Assembly (NCBI GenBank): GCA_963843555.1
Contig: CAWJKV010000007.1
Coordinates: forward strand, 160,001-224,000
DNA length: 64,000 nt
DNA from: an uncultured Methanosarcinales archaeon
Lineage (GTDB): Archaea; Halobacteriota; Methanosarcinia; Methanotrichales; Methanotrichaceae
Direction: 5' to 3'
In this document: positions 63,916 to 64,000 of the stretch, piece after piece
How the letters are laid out: each line of letters starts with the position of its first letter
Position numbering within the stretch: the first letter of the stretch is position 1
Position numbers and translations under genes: made by a program
Notes under the pieces: model-generated
Told to the model about the DNA's origin: nothing
What the model saw: only the letters and a program-made list of their open reading frames with translations
The model's database searches: none

Positions 63916-64000
63916 TTCACCACAAAGAGCTCATGATCCTCAGGCATGGATCATGCCCAAAGCATGAAAAACCAGTATGCTTTAAGAGTTTTTCATGTGG
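63916..64000. repeat. Structured ~85-bp direct repeat, copy 2 (reaches window edge)
   Basis: TTCACCACAAAGAGCTCATGATCC...TTTTTCATGTGG. Confidence 0.9.

Noticed and set aside
63916..64000. Hammerhead ribozyme (minus-strand CTGAGGA and GAAA)
   Set aside because: Stems I and II do not flank the core nucleotides canonically.

Overview
Archaeal chromosome segment. The aIF2gamma-PIN-rpoE1-spt4-DUF359-rps24e-rps27ae operon and TATA-type promoters show it is archaeal; a Methanothrix/Methanosarcinales-like methanogen is my inference from gene content. 1-31 kb is an accessory region. It holds two MGH1/GH63-like glucosidases flanking a glycogen-debranching enzyme, a gnd-lactonase-glucose dehydrogenase-CoA persulfide reductase-DszB-like operon, two TMEM175 channels, a secreted cutinase/PETase-fold hydrolase, a betagamma-crystallin, a DUF1269-like protein, an arylsulfatase, SulP, TspO, Usp and a C39 peptidase fusion. 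The strongest unexplained signal is a 24-bp motif (TTCATAAYTWWTCATACTWYTATG). It occurs five times, always in gene-sense orientation and about 17 bp upstream of a TATA-like box, suggesting one activator regulon that links sugar oxidation, organosulfur scavenging and stress genes. 30-56 kb is mostly core or metabolic: Orn/Lys/Arg decarboxylase, Lhr, an AguB-AguA fusion, an SSS transporter, NfeD/stomatin, translation genes, ThiL and MoaA. 57-64 kb holds a VWA/TelA cassette, gene remnants and an acylphosphatase flanked by an ~85-bp structured direct repeat. At least a dozen genes, including housekeeping ones, carry small indels, often in short homopolymers; these are most likely sequencing errors. 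No rRNA, tRNA or CRISPR array was recognised. All family assignments are by motif recognition, not database search.
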